58,898 bases of DNA, from the NCBI GenBank assembly GCA_964569785.1, contig CAZMVM010000001.1, forward strand, positions 901 through 59,798. The letters run 5' to 3'. Both the position numbers and the translations under genes were made by a program. Below the pieces are notes generated by a model. That model saw only the letters and a program-made list of their open reading frames with translations, did no database searches and was not told the DNA's origin. This document shows, one piece after another, positions 20,864 to 30,097 of this stretch (the stretch's first letter is position 1; each line of letters starts with the position of its first letter). This stretch comes from an uncultured Pigmentiphaga sp. (GTDB lineage: Bacteria; Pseudomonadota; Gammaproteobacteria; Burkholderiales; Burkholderiaceae_B).

Positions 20864-21468
20864 TGATCTCACGCAGGCGGGCGATCACCCTCGTGTTTGC
20901 AGCGTCGTTATACCCGATTCTGCGAGGGGTGGCAGCCCAGAATCAACAGGCTGCCGCACCCCCGAACGCTGCGTCCACCACTCAGTGCTCGTCAGCCGGG
21001 CAATGGCTTGAATCTGAACGGCAGGAGGCGATAGTCACGATCGCCATGAAAGGTACTCCTCGCGGTGAGCGCGTCTGGTTCGAACCGAACGGGGTGGCCG
21101 TACCACTCGGTACACGCCTCAGGTTCGTTAATGAGGATCCGGGGAATAGTCATACGGCAACTTGCTTTCATCCGGATTTGTATGGTCAGATGCGCCGCAT
21201 TCCGGTGTGCGCGCAGCCGTGGGAATCTGGTTTCTTGCTTCCCGACCAGTCATTTGAGACTGTGTTAACCCTGCCCGGTGTCTACGATTACTATTGCCTG
21301 CCGCATCTTGCTCATGGCATGGTGGGACGCATCGTCGTGGGGAATTCGCAGAGCGCCGGGTGGGTCGACGAACCCTATGCGAGTGATTTGCACGCGCCCA
21401 CAGGAAAGGGGGAGTTTGTTGCAGTTGGCGAGATTTTGGCCCACAAATCAGCCCTGAATTCTGAATAA
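20860..21468 (+). CDS. Tat-exported cupredoxin (plastocyanin/azurin family)
   Basis: SRRRAI twin-arginine signal, WFEPNG, and type-1 Cu ligands H (NSHTAT) and C-x2-H-x4-M (YYCLPHLAHGM). 4-nt overlap with the upstream gene. Confidence 0.88.
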   Translation: MMISRRRAITLVFAASLYPILRGVAAQNQQAAAPPNAASTTQCSSAGQWLESERQEAIVTIAMKGTPRGERVWFEPNGVAVPLGTRLRFVNEDPGNSHTATCFHPDLYGQMRRIPVCAQPWESGFLLPDQSFETVLTLPGVYDYYCLPHLAHGMVGRIVVGNSQSAGWVDEPYASDLHAPTGKGEFVAVGEILAHKSALNSE

Positions 21469-21843
21469 CCAGCATCGAGCGGCTTTTCAATGGGCACGAT
21501 GAGCCAAGTTTAACTTTCGGTTTTCGCAGAGCATGGAGCTTTGCGCTGTAGCGGAAGTTGCCCGGCTAGGCCGCGCTTGTATCTGTCCGTTCAGTGCAGC
21601 TCATAACGTTCGAAAGAGCACCGTTTGGGGACTGATTCTTGCTCAGGGCTGCTACTGAAGGGTCCGCCTGACGCGTCAACCTATCTTTTGACTTCGCTTT
21701 CTGCGAATCAACCTCAGTGAGAGGTAGTGGTGGAATCGGTAGGCGGGCAGTGCGCGTAGCGCGCGGGGGGCAGTCGATCGTTCGGTTATCGGCCTCGTCT
21801 GAGCCCTCTACTTGTATGTGGGGTAGGAGGCAAGGAGCCTGCG

Positions 21844-22521
21844 ATGAATAAAGTCGCTTTTTCCGAAGATGAGCTGCTGGCTCTGGTCAGGCAGGGCGAT
21901 GAAGCAGCGATCCGCGCGCTTGTAGCGCAGCTTAATCCACGCTTGTTCAGGGTTGCCCGCGCTATTTTGCATTCCGACGCCGACGCCGAGGACGCGCTTC
22001 AAGATGCTTATATTCAGGCCTTTATTCATCTTGAGCAGTTTCGCGGCGACTCCCGCTTTTCAACCTGGATGACTCGCATCGTGATCAATGCCGCCCGCAT
22101 GCGGCTGAGAAGTTCCCGCATCAACGAAGAATACGATACCGCCCAGGAGCGCACCTATAACGCCGAGACGTCTGGGTTGACTCGATTTCCAACCCCCGAG
22201 GAAAGTTTGCTACAAAACGAGTTCGTTCAAATTCTGGACGATGCAATCTTTCGCTTACCCGAAAATCTCAGAATCGTATTTGTATTAAAAGAAGTTCAGG
22301 GCATGAAAGCGATCGAGATTGCGGAACTACTGCAGCTCAATGCCGTCACCGTCAAAACCCGACTCTTTCGGGCCCGACTTCAGCTGCGACAGACGTTATC
22401 TGCAACAACAGCCGATTCATTAGCCCATCTTTATGGTTTTGATGGAATACGCTGCTCGCATATGGCTGATCGCGTGGTGAGGGAGCTGCGCCGGGTTCGC
22501 CGCCCAACGGAACCTATGTGA
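21844..22521 (+). CDS. ECF-type sigma-70 factor with short Cys-containing C-terminal extension
   Basis: Region 2 DAEDALQDAY..AF and FSTWMTRIVIN; region 4 LPENLRIVFVL...EIAELL....TVKTRLFRAR; tail YGFDGIRCSHMADRV. AAGGAG RBS. Confidence 0.92.
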   Translation: MNKVAFSEDELLALVRQGDEAAIRALVAQLNPRLFRVARAILHSDADAEDALQDAYIQAFIHLEQFRGDSRFSTWMTRIVINAARMRLRSSRINEEYDTAQERTYNAETSGLTRFPTPEESLLQNEFVQILDDAIFRLPENLRIVFVLKEVQGMKAIEIAELLQLNAVTVKTRLFRARLQLRQTLSATTADSLAHLYGFDGIRCSHMADRVVRELRRVRRPTEPM

Positions 22522-22586
22522 ATCGAAACCGGTTTGGTCTTGTCAAGCCGGGACAGTGGACGATATGTCCTTACGTGGCGTCACCG

Positions 22587-24101
22587 CTAAAAATAAGCGT
22601 ATACATAGCGATCGGGCCGCAGCACCACGGCGGAGGCGCGCGCTGAATCGAGGATTTCACCCAAAATACCCGTGCAGTCACGCACTGTCGTTTTTTCATG
22701 GCCTGGCAGGAAGTCGTCGTCATGACGAACCAGATGCACGTAGCGGACGCTCATGCCTGCGGGCAGAGAAATGTGCACATCGGCCCCCACCCACTGCAAA
22801 ACCGCGAATTCGCGCCCCAGGACGTCGTCTAGCAAAACGCGCTTGCCGTCGGCTTGCTCTACCAGCGGTTGGGGCATGAGTTCGCCCGGTGGAACCCGGG
22901 CGGAAGGAAGGTTGTGGGGGGTGAAGTAGCCATCCGCAAAGCGAGGTTTAGGCTTGAACTTGAGGTGCAGAATGTAGTCTCGCACCGGACGAATGAGACA
23001 CAGCAAGCGCAAGGTGGTCTGGGCGAACGCGGCACCCAAAACAGATTTCGGCTGCATGAAACGCCCAATCTGCAGCGCCATCTTGATCAGCGCCCCCGCG
23101 TGGGGTCTGCGTTCTTGCTCGTAGGTGTCGAGTAGCTCCGGTGGTAGCTGGCCGTTAATAACCGCAGCAAGTTTCCACGCAAGATTGGCGGCGTCGCGAA
23201 TACCGCTGTTCATCCCCTGACCAGCAAAAGGAGGTGACAAATGCGCAGCATCGCCGGCTAAGAAAACACGCCCTTTACGCCAGCGCTGGGCGACACGGGC
23301 ATGGAAGGTATAAACCACCATACGGGTCACTGGTAGGTTGGCATCTTCGGGTTCGCGCTCCCGGATCCATGTGCGTACCCGCTCTTCATCCAGCACGTCT
23401 TCGGGATTTTCTCCCTTCAATAACATGAATTCGTATCGTAAGGTTCCATCGGGGCCGGGCAGGCGTATCGCGGGACGCCGAGGATCACAGAACGTGCGTG
23501 TATGTCGGAAAGGCGTAGTGCGGTCGAGCATGTCAACAATGAGCCAACGTTCGCCAAACGTACTGCCTTCCATGGGTATGTCTAACGCCTCGCGAATCGG
23601 ACTACGTCCGCCGTCGCATCCTACTAGCCAGGCGCAACGCAGATTGATACGCTTGCCCTGATGTTCTATTTGCAGGGTGACACCTGCCTCGTCCTGTTGG
23701 AAGCTCTTCAGTTCAGAATTGAAACGCAACTCGGCCAGGGGACTGCGGCGCAACGCTTCGGTAAGCTGAGCAACTAGCACGGGCTGACGAAACGCATTGC
23801 GCTTTGCATAGCCATACTCTCGGTTCGCGGGCAGAATGCGCGCAAAGAGCCGGTTACGCCACGAGTAGTAGTAGACGCCGTAGTCCTGGCTGATACGTGG
23901 CAAGACTTCGGCGAGCACACCGGCAGATTGCAACGTGCGCAGACTTTCGTCGTCGATGGTCACTGCGCGAGGTTCATTTACGGGGCCGTCAAGACGGTCG
24001 ATAATCACCGTGCGTATGCCGGCCGCGGTGAGCAGATGTGCAAGTGTCAGCCCGGTCGGGCCTGCACCCACGATGGCAACAGGAAACGTTGGCGTGTCCA
24101 T
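22587..24101 (-). CDS. FAD-dependent aromatic monooxygenase, MhpA/3-(3-hydroxyphenyl)propionate hydroxylase-like
   Basis: GAGPTG, GCDGGRS and GDAAHLSPPFAGQGMNSGIRDAANLAWKL fingerprints; C-terminal RPDRYV. Confidence 0.9.
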   Translation of the reverse strand: MDTPTFPVAIVGAGPTGLTLAHLLTAAGIRTVIIDRLDGPVNEPRAVTIDDESLRTLQSAGVLAEVLPRISQDYGVYYYSWRNRLFARILPANREYGYAKRNAFRQPVLVAQLTEALRRSPLAELRFNSELKSFQQDEAGVTLQIEHQGKRINLRCAWLVGCDGGRSPIREALDIPMEGSTFGERWLIVDMLDRTTPFRHTRTFCDPRRPAIRLPGPDGTLRYEFMLLKGENPEDVLDEERVRTWIREREPEDANLPVTRMVVYTFHARVAQRWRKGRVFLAGDAAHLSPPFAGQGMNSGIRDAANLAWKLAAVINGQLPPELLDTYEQERRPHAGALIKMALQIGRFMQPKSVLGAAFAQTTLRLLCLIRPVRDYILHLKFKPKPRFADGYFTPHNLPSARVPPGELMPQPLVEQADGKRVLLDDVLGREFAVLQWVGADVHISLPAGMSVRYVHLVRHDDDFLPGHEKTTVRDCTGILGEILDSARASAVVLRPDRYVYAYF

Positions 24102-24159
24102 GGCAAGATGGCTGATATCTTATGGGTAATCGATGGGCGAGCGTCTCGTTGCGTTGCTC

Positions 24160-24957
24160 TCATTCTGTTGCGGAGGGCTTACAGGGTGCTTTCGTCTGGT
24201 TGGGGCGTTGCGCCTGTGCCGCCATGCGAGCCTCGATGCGACGGGCGCAGCGCCGCAATTCAGAAAGCGTTCGTGTCAGACTAGCCGTCGTGGGTTTATT
24301 AGTAGGCAATACCACGCTAAGGCTGCCTAGAAGCCGGTTGCCTTCATGTAGCGCAACCGCGACACCCGTTACGTTCCGGTCGACTTCTTCTCGCGCAACC
24401 GCATAGCCTTGCTCGCGTAACGGAGCGAGAGCGGAATACAGATCTTGCGCACTGCACGGGAGTTTCGCGGCGGCCAACGCGGGTGCTTCGGTCTGAGTCA
24501 AGTGGGCCAATCGATCTAACGGCAAATGGGCCAGCACGATTTTGGAGGTGGCGCCCCGGTACAAAGGCATCGCTCGCCCGCGCTCATAGCTGACGGTGGG
24601 CCCATGGCCCGAACTGCGAGCCTCCAGGATGCACATCACCATATTGTTGATATGTAGCTTACATAGCAGCACCGTGCCGTCCGTGAGCTGGGCAAGTTGG
24701 TACGGAAGCTCACCGGCGGCGTGCAGGAGCGGGTCGGTGAGTCGCGTGAGCCGATCGAGTTCGACCACGCGAGGACCGAGCGCATAGCCGCGCTTGCCGA
24801 CCCGCTCAAGCAGCCCTGCTGCGGTCAGCTGTTTAAGGTCGCGGTAAACGCTGGCGCGGGAGGCGTTCAGGGTTTGCATGAGCAGGTCTGCCGACAGGAC
24901 GGGACGCTCAAGCGAAAACTGCTCGAGAATGCGCAGGACACGGGTGAGTTCGGCCAT
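24160..24957 (-). CDS. IclR-family transcriptional regulator
   Basis: N-terminal HTH (SRASVYR.L..L...GLL) and C-terminal MPLYRGATSK..LA, GYAV..EE motifs. Confidence 0.92.
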   Translation of the reverse strand: MAELTRVLRILEQFSLERPVLSADLLMQTLNASRASVYRDLKQLTAAGLLERVGKRGYALGPRVVELDRLTRLTDPLLHAAGELPYQLAQLTDGTVLLCKLHINNMVMCILEARSSGHGPTVSYERGRAMPLYRGATSKIVLAHLPLDRLAHLTQTEAPALAAAKLPCSAQDLYSALAPLREQGYAVAREEVDRNVTGVAVALHEGNRLLGSLSVVLPTNKPTTASLTRTLSELRRCARRIEARMAAQAQRPNQTKAPCKPSATE

Positions 24958-24969
24958 GGCGCTTGACGC

Positions 24970-25800
24970 TTAGCTACGCATAATCGATCGTCCCCACTGA
25001 TTCAGCGTGCGCTCTTCATGCGGCCAGACTCCCACGGGTCGGTCGGGCGCACATACTTCGATTTCCGCCGAGATCTCTGCCAAGTTACCGTCCGGGTCGC
25101 GCACCATGAAGAAGACGTCATTGCCCGGGCCATGGCGTCCCACCCCCCACACAATCTCGGTGCGCAACCTCCCCATGCGGTCGGCCCAGACTTTCAGGTC
25201 GTTCCAATCGTCGGTTTCGTAGGAGTGATGGTCGAAGCAATTCATGGGCGCTGCAAATAGCGCGAGGGCATGATGAAGATGGTCGGTACGTAAGAAGCAG
25301 GCCTTCAGGCTACCGTCGTGGTCATGTACCCGATCGGACAGTACAAAACCCAGCTGGTCGCGGTAGAACGCAAGTAATACGTGGATGTTATCCGTGCGTA
25401 GCGCATAGTGCTGCAAGATGGCGGCGGGCAGGTCAGCGGTGTGGACGGCCGCGGTTGCAGGTTGAGGAGGTATAAAAGCCACGAGGTTGCCATCGGGGGC
25501 ACGAAAGACGAGCGCTTCGCCTGGCAGGTCACCGACGGTGCCGGGCGGGGTGCTATCCAGTTTACGTGTGGCTTCACGGAACCGGAGCCAGGCGAGATCC
25601 GACTTGAGCTCAAACAAGCTGTACTTGAGGTGGTTCGCTGGCCCTGGAGAAATCCAAAGCTGCCGTTGCTGCGCTTCACAGTGATAACTGTCGCCGTTTT
25701 GCGTGACCGAATAGCCAAACGTCTTGCTGTAGAACGATGCCATCGCCGCCGGCTGGGGTGAGGTCAGGTGTAAGCGCTTTAGATGAGCCTCGAGCGTCAT
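24970..25800 (-). CDS. Two-domain VOC protein, extradiol ring-cleavage dioxygenase-like
   Basis: LQHYAL, HHALAL, DHHSYE and WGVGRHGPGN..F...RDPDGN..E give the His/His/Glu metal triad pattern. Confidence 0.85.
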   Translation of the reverse strand: MTLEAHLKRLHLTSPQPAAMASFYSKTFGYSVTQNGDSYHCEAQQRQLWISPGPANHLKYSLFELKSDLAWLRFREATRKLDSTPPGTVGDLPGEALVFRAPDGNLVAFIPPQPATAAVHTADLPAAILQHYALRTDNIHVLLAFYRDQLGFVLSDRVHDHDGSLKACFLRTDHLHHALALFAAPMNCFDHHSYETDDWNDLKVWADRMGRLRTEIVWGVGRHGPGNDVFFMVRDPDGNLAEISAEIEVCAPDRPVGVWPHEERTLNQWGRSIMRS

Positions 25801-25856
25801 GAGAGCGTCCTCTGTCTTGGTACGGAGCGTGCTTCGCTATGACTAAGCGAATTCCT

Positions 25857-25909
25857 ACTATGGCAATCGGAGGATGCCTCGTCAAAGTCGAGTCTCACCA
25901 GGTGAGACT
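25857..25909 (-). promoter_or_regulatory. Promoter and palindromic operator for the VOC-IclR-monooxygenase genes
   Basis: Perfect inverted repeat AGTCTCACC-A-GGTGAGACT (25891-25909). Minus-strand TTGACG(25880-25885)-N17-CATAGT(25857-25862). Confidence 0.6.
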
Positions 25910-26695
25910 GTCAGGGCGAAATCGTAAGGCAATGTCGGAAAACGCTTCCAGGGCCATGCCGGTGAGCCGTTCCAGAAACGGCGTTGTATTGGGTAGAACA
26001 ATGGTGAGCATGATCAGGCCGGCAAGCAACGCCAATGGAAACCCTACAGCAAATACCGAAAGTTGCGGTGCGGTTCGGTTCAGAATACCCATCGCAAGGT
26101 TCATGGTCAGTAAAGCGGTGACCAGGGGCAGGGACAAGACCAGACCAAGAGTAACGATTTGCCCGCTCCAATCGAGCAGGGCGCCAATGCCATTCAGGCT
26201 GAAGGGGTCCGCGCTGATGGGAATGACGTGAAATGTTTGAATTAACCCGCCCAAGACTAGCAGGTGCGCATCGAGAGCAATCAAAACGAGCAAGGTTACC
26301 CAGTTCAGAATGCGCGCCAGAATGGCGGTATTGCCTTGTGATTCAGGGTCGAAAAAAGTGGCGAACGAGAGCCCCATTTGCAGGCCAATGAACTCCCCGG
26401 CTGTACGCACAACAGCCAGCACGAACTGCATGGTAAGGCCCAGTGCAACGCCAATAACGACTTGTTGCGCAATAATCCACAGACCATAGTACGAGGCCGG
26501 TGCCACTGAAGGTAATGGACCCAGGCTGGGCGCGACGACTATCGTAACCAAGACCCCCAGGCCGAGCTTGACCCTGGCCGGGACGCTACCTTCAGCAAAG
26601 AACGGAGCTGTGCCGATCAAAGCCAGAATTCTGGCCAACGGCCAGATAAACGCCGCGATCCAGCCATACAGTTGGTCGATGTTGACGCTGATCAT
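25895..26695 (-). CDS. fliR: Flagellar export apparatus protein FliR
   Basis: WPLARIL..I.TAPFF, AGEFIGLQMGLSFATFFDP and LNRTAPQLSVFAVGFP motifs. Confidence 0.97.
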   Translation of the reverse strand: MISVNIDQLYGWIAAFIWPLARILALIGTAPFFAEGSVPARVKLGLGVLVTIVVAPSLGPLPSVAPASYYGLWIIAQQVVIGVALGLTMQFVLAVVRTAGEFIGLQMGLSFATFFDPESQGNTAILARILNWVTLLVLIALDAHLLVLGGLIQTFHVIPISADPFSLNGIGALLDWSGQIVTLGLVLSLPLVTALLTMNLAMGILNRTAPQLSVFAVGFPLALLAGLIMLTIVLPNTTPFLERLTGMALEAFSDIALRFRPDSLTW

Positions 26696-26864
26696 GAAGC
26701 GGATGGCCGTTGCTCGGATTGAGAATTATTGCTGATGGGTACAGCCTCTGCCCGACGACCTTCCCGTGTGCCGTCGGGGGGCCGCTGTGCAGCTTGCTGC
26801 CCTGTGCTTTTCTCTGAATGTTTTCTGAATGTCTGGTGCAGGCTGCAGAACCACTGCCATCCCT

Positions 26865-27134
26865 CTAACCGACCAGTCCGGGAATCGAGCCGAACAATTG
26901 GCGTATATAATCCACCATGAGCCCGATCAGCCATGGCCCGGCCAAGACAAGGGTTAAGGCCATCGCCAGCATCTTGGGAATGAATGACAGCGTCATTTCG
27001 TTGATTTGGGTCGCTGCCTGAAAGATGCTGATTACCAAGCCCACCACCAGCACCACCAGTAATAGGGGTCCGGCAATGGCCAGTGCGACTTTCATCGCCT
27101 GATAGGTCATGGACATGATGGTTTCGGGCGTCAT
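26865..27134 (-). CDS. fliQ: Flagellar export apparatus protein FliQ
   Basis: MTPE...GLVISIFQAATQINEMTLSFIPK. Confidence 0.98.
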   Translation of the reverse strand: MTPETIMSMTYQAMKVALAIAGPLLLVVLVVGLVISIFQAATQINEMTLSFIPKMLAMALTLVLAGPWLIGLMVDYIRQLFGSIPGLVG

Positions 27135-27166
27135 GTCGGCCTCCGCGTTGCGCTAGTTCAGAGCCG

Positions 27167-28000
27167 CTACAGGTTGAAGCTGCTGGCCAACGAGCCGAGA
27201 AGCAAGTGCCAACCATCGGCTAATACAAACAACATGAGCTTGAAGGGCAGGGAAATAGTTACCGGAGGTACCATCATCATGCCCAGCGACATAAGGACAC
27301 TCGCCACGACCAGGTCGATAATGAGAAAGGGAATGAAGATGGTGAACCCAATTTGAAACGCCGTCTTCAGCTCGCTGGTAACAAATGCCGGAATAAGAAT
27401 GCGCATGGGCACATCGTCGGGGCTTTGCAGCTCTCCCACGTTCGCGATTTCCGCAAAGAGTGTTAGGTCGGTTTCCCGTGTGTGCCGCAACATGAATTCG
27501 CGCATGGGAGTCGCCGCTCGCGACAGTGCCATCTCGAGCGATATCTCGCCCTCGGCCAGCGGCTGGTACGCGTCTTCGTAGATCTTTTCGAACACCGGTG
27601 CCATGACAAAAAAAGTCAGGAACAGTGCGATGCCAATCAGCACCTGGTTAGGAGGGGCTGTGGCGGTGCCCAGCGCGTTTCGCAATAGGCCGAGCACGAT
27701 GACGATGCGTGTAAAGCTCGTCATTAAGAGTAGGGCGGCCGGTAGTAGTGATAACAGGCCGAGCAAAACCAGCGTCTGAACGTTGAGCGACCAGGTCTGC
27801 GTGCCGTCCACGTTGGATTGGGTAACCAGCGCCGGAACCGCTTGGGCGAGCACATTTGTGGGTAGTAGCGCCAGGAGTGCCACCAACAACGTCGCCAGGC
27901 CCACTCGCGGGCGGCACGTCCCATGCCGTAGCACCCGTGCGAACTGGGTTTCGATGACGCGGGTCAAGGGAACGAGAAGTCGATGTTTGCCGAAAACCAT
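27167..28000 (-). CDS. fliP: Flagellar export apparatus protein FliP
   Basis: [35 protein letters not shown] and MMMVPP.TISLPFK motifs. Start set at ATG 28000 (ORF open to 28273). Confidence 0.96.
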   Translation of the reverse strand: MVFGKHRLLVPLTRVIETQFARVLRHGTCRPRVGLATLLVALLALLPTNVLAQAVPALVTQSNVDGTQTWSLNVQTLVLLGLLSLLPAALLLMTSFTRIVIVLGLLRNALGTATAPPNQVLIGIALFLTFFVMAPVFEKIYEDAYQPLAEGEISLEMALSRAATPMREFMLRHTRETDLTLFAEIANVGELQSPDDVPMRILIPAFVTSELKTAFQIGFTIFIPFLIIDLVVASVLMSLGMMMVPPVTISLPFKLMLFVLADGWHLLLGSLASSFNL

Positions 28001-28065
28001 CGCAAGGTGCAGACAATTCCCGGACCGGTAGGAGCAATCAGAGCGCGAGAATGAATGCACTGCAG

Positions 28066-28563
28066 TCAAGCGTTGAGCTGGGAGGAGGAGGTTGAAGGGG
28101 AGTCCGTGCTGTATGGGGGCGTCGTAGCCTGTGTGCGCCGGCGTGCCAGCAGGGTGGCCTTCAGTGCAGCCGGAAACCCCTGATGTGGCGCAGTGGCTAA
28201 GGGTGGGAGCGGGCGAGCAGGCAAGGTATGAAGGGGGCGCATCCCCTGCGGGCCCGTCCCGAGAACCAGCCACTGATCGTCAACTTCGACGACCACAATG
28301 CGTTCGCGTGGTGAAAGCACCATCGACCCCACGACTTTCAGCGGTAGTTGCTGAGCCAGGCCAGTCGGTGCCTGGGCACGGCGCGCCCACCAGGCCCCAA
28401 TCAAAATGAGTGCAATCACGATCAGCAGTCCGCCCAGTAAGCGGGTCAGGCTGCCGGCGGTTGGACCGCCTGCGCTCGCCCACGCGACAGGAAGTTCCAG
28501 GCACACCAGTGCGCTGGCGCCAGCAAGTGTGCGTAGTAGCGCGCGCAGCACGGCCTTAGCCAC
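28066..28563 (-). CDS. fliO: Flagellar biosynthesis protein FliO
   Basis: Single TM segment followed by LKVVG...[20 protein letters not shown]. Probable GTG start overlaps the fliN stop. Confidence 0.9.
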   Translation of the reverse strand: MAKAVLRALLRTLAGASALVCLELPVAWASAGGPTAGSLTRLLGGLLIVIALILIGAWWARRAQAPTGLAQQLPLKVVGSMVLSPRERIVVVEVDDQWLVLGTGPQGMRPLHTLPARPLPPLATAPHQGFPAALKATLLARRRTQATTPPYSTDSPSTSSSQLNA

Positions 28564-29089
28564 GACTGAGCCGGTTGATGCGTTCTGAGGGGGTGATGAT
28601 GTCGGTAAGCCGGATGCCGTATTTGTCATCAACGACGACGACTTCCCCCTGAGCGATCAAGTATCCGTTGACGAAAATGTCCATGGGCTCGCCGGCCATG
28701 CTATCCAACTCGACCACCGAACCCTGACCCAGTTGCAGTAGGTTCTTGATGGTCAGCCGTGTGCGGCCCAGTTCGACGGTAAGCTGAACCGGAACATCCA
28801 TGATCAGTTGGATGTCGGTCAAGCCCTTGTTCGAGCTACCGTCGTTGAGGGGAGGAAAAGCCGCGAACGCTGGCTCGGCCTGGCGAGGCGATGTCTTTGA
28901 GGAATCGTCCGCAGCCGCTTGCCCGCGATCCGCGGCAGCTGTGTCTTCTTCGGCCCCTGCCTGGGGGGCGTTGTCAGCAGCACTTTGCGACGCGGCCTGT
29001 GAGGCGGCTTGTTGCTCGGCAAGTGCGCTCGCCCAAGCGTCGTCAAGACTGGTAGACGGCGTTTCCTGGTCCTGCTTTGGGTCAGTCAT
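28556..29089 (-). CDS. fliN: Motor switch protein FliN
   Basis: DDAWA.ALAEQ N-terminus and DI.LIMDVPVQLTVELGRT...GEVVVVDDKYGIR. ATGACTGA overlap with fliM. Confidence 0.97.
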   Translation of the reverse strand: MTDPKQDQETPSTSLDDAWASALAEQQAASQAASQSAADNAPQAGAEEDTAAADRGQAAADDSSKTSPRQAEPAFAAFPPLNDGSSNKGLTDIQLIMDVPVQLTVELGRTRLTIKNLLQLGQGSVVELDSMAGEPMDIFVNGYLIAQGEVVVVDDKYGIRLTDIITPSERINRLSRG

Positions 29090-30095
29090 GGGTATCTTCG
29101 GAAGATTCAATTTCGGAGTAAAGCGTGCTCATGCGCTCGATGCGCAAGGCATACCGCCCGTTGTGCGTGCCGTATGCGCATTCCATCAGGGGAACGCCGT
29201 TCACTTTGCCCACAACCTTCTCGGGCAAATTGATTGGCAACATATCCCCCACGCGCAAGTTCATCAGTTCTCCTACTGTAGATGGAATCGTGACGAACTC
29301 GGCGGCCAGCTCAACCACGGCGCCCCGCACCTGCCGGGAAATTTGTTGGGTCCAACGATCATCGACCGATTCATAACTGGTTTGCTGCAAGGGCCGCGTG
29401 AGAATGTCGCGTACCGGCTCGATCATGGAATACGGCAAGCAGATATTCAAATCGCCGCCTGATGCACCAAACTCAATGTGAAACGTCGTCGTTATAACCG
29501 CTTCGTTGGGACCAGTAATGCTGGCAAATTTGGTGTGCATCTCGGCCCTGATATATTCGAACTCGACGGTGTGCACAGGTGCCCACGCCTTTGCATAGCA
29601 ATCGAGGGCCAGGCCAAGAATGCGACGAATGATGCGCTGTTCGGTCAACGTGAAGTCGCGCCCCTCGACCCGCATATGTTGTCGTCCATCCCCACCGAAC
29701 AAGCTGTCGATGATCAGAAAGACCAATGTAGGGTCGAAGGTAAACAACGCCATGCCGCGCAGCGGCTTCATGTACAACAGGTTGAGGTTGCTGGGGACGG
29801 GCAGGTTGCGTTCGAAGTCGGAATACTTCTGAATACGTATGCCGCCCACTGAAATATCGGCGCTGCGTCGCATGAAGTTAAGCAGGGCAGTGCGCATGCT
29901 GCGCGCGAAACGCTCATTGATGGCTTCCAGCGCGTGCATGCGTCGCCGCACGATGCGTTCGGGCGAGCTCAAGTCGTACGAACGCACGCCTCCTTCGCTG
30001 GGGGCAGAACTAAGGCGTGCCGTATCTTCGCCTGCGACTCCAGCCAGTAAGGCGTCAACTTCCTGTTGAGAAAGAATGGCCTCGTAGGTGGCCAT
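29082..30095 (-). CDS. fliM: Motor switch protein FliM
   Basis: ILSQQEVDALL CheY-binding peptide, EGRDFTLTE motif and C-terminal SpoA domain. Confidence 0.98.
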   Translation of the reverse strand: MATYEAILSQQEVDALLAGVAGEDTARLSSAPSEGGVRSYDLSSPERIVRRRMHALEAINERFARSMRTALLNFMRRSADISVGGIRIQKYSDFERNLPVPSNLNLLYMKPLRGMALFTFDPTLVFLIIDSLFGGDGRQHMRVEGRDFTLTEQRIIRRILGLALDCYAKAWAPVHTVEFEYIRAEMHTKFASITGPNEAVITTTFHIEFGASGGDLNICLPYSMIEPVRDILTRPLQQTSYESVDDRWTQQISRQVRGAVVELAAEFVTIPSTVGELMNLRVGDMLPINLPEKVVGKVNGVPLMECAYGTHNGRYALRIERMSTLYSEIESSEDTHD

Positions 30096-30097
30096 GT

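Noticed and set aside
22509-22540. GGAACCT at the end of the sigma gene as a second ECF promoter
   Set aside because: No CATCC-like -10 at the right spacing and no co-oriented downstream gene.
27999-28273. N-terminal extension making FliP 368 aa
   Set aside because: It overlaps fliO and has no FliP-like features; a downstream ATG gives a normal size. The extended starts of FlgM, FlgK, FliE, the Bug, the IclR and the crotonase were trimmed for similar reasons.
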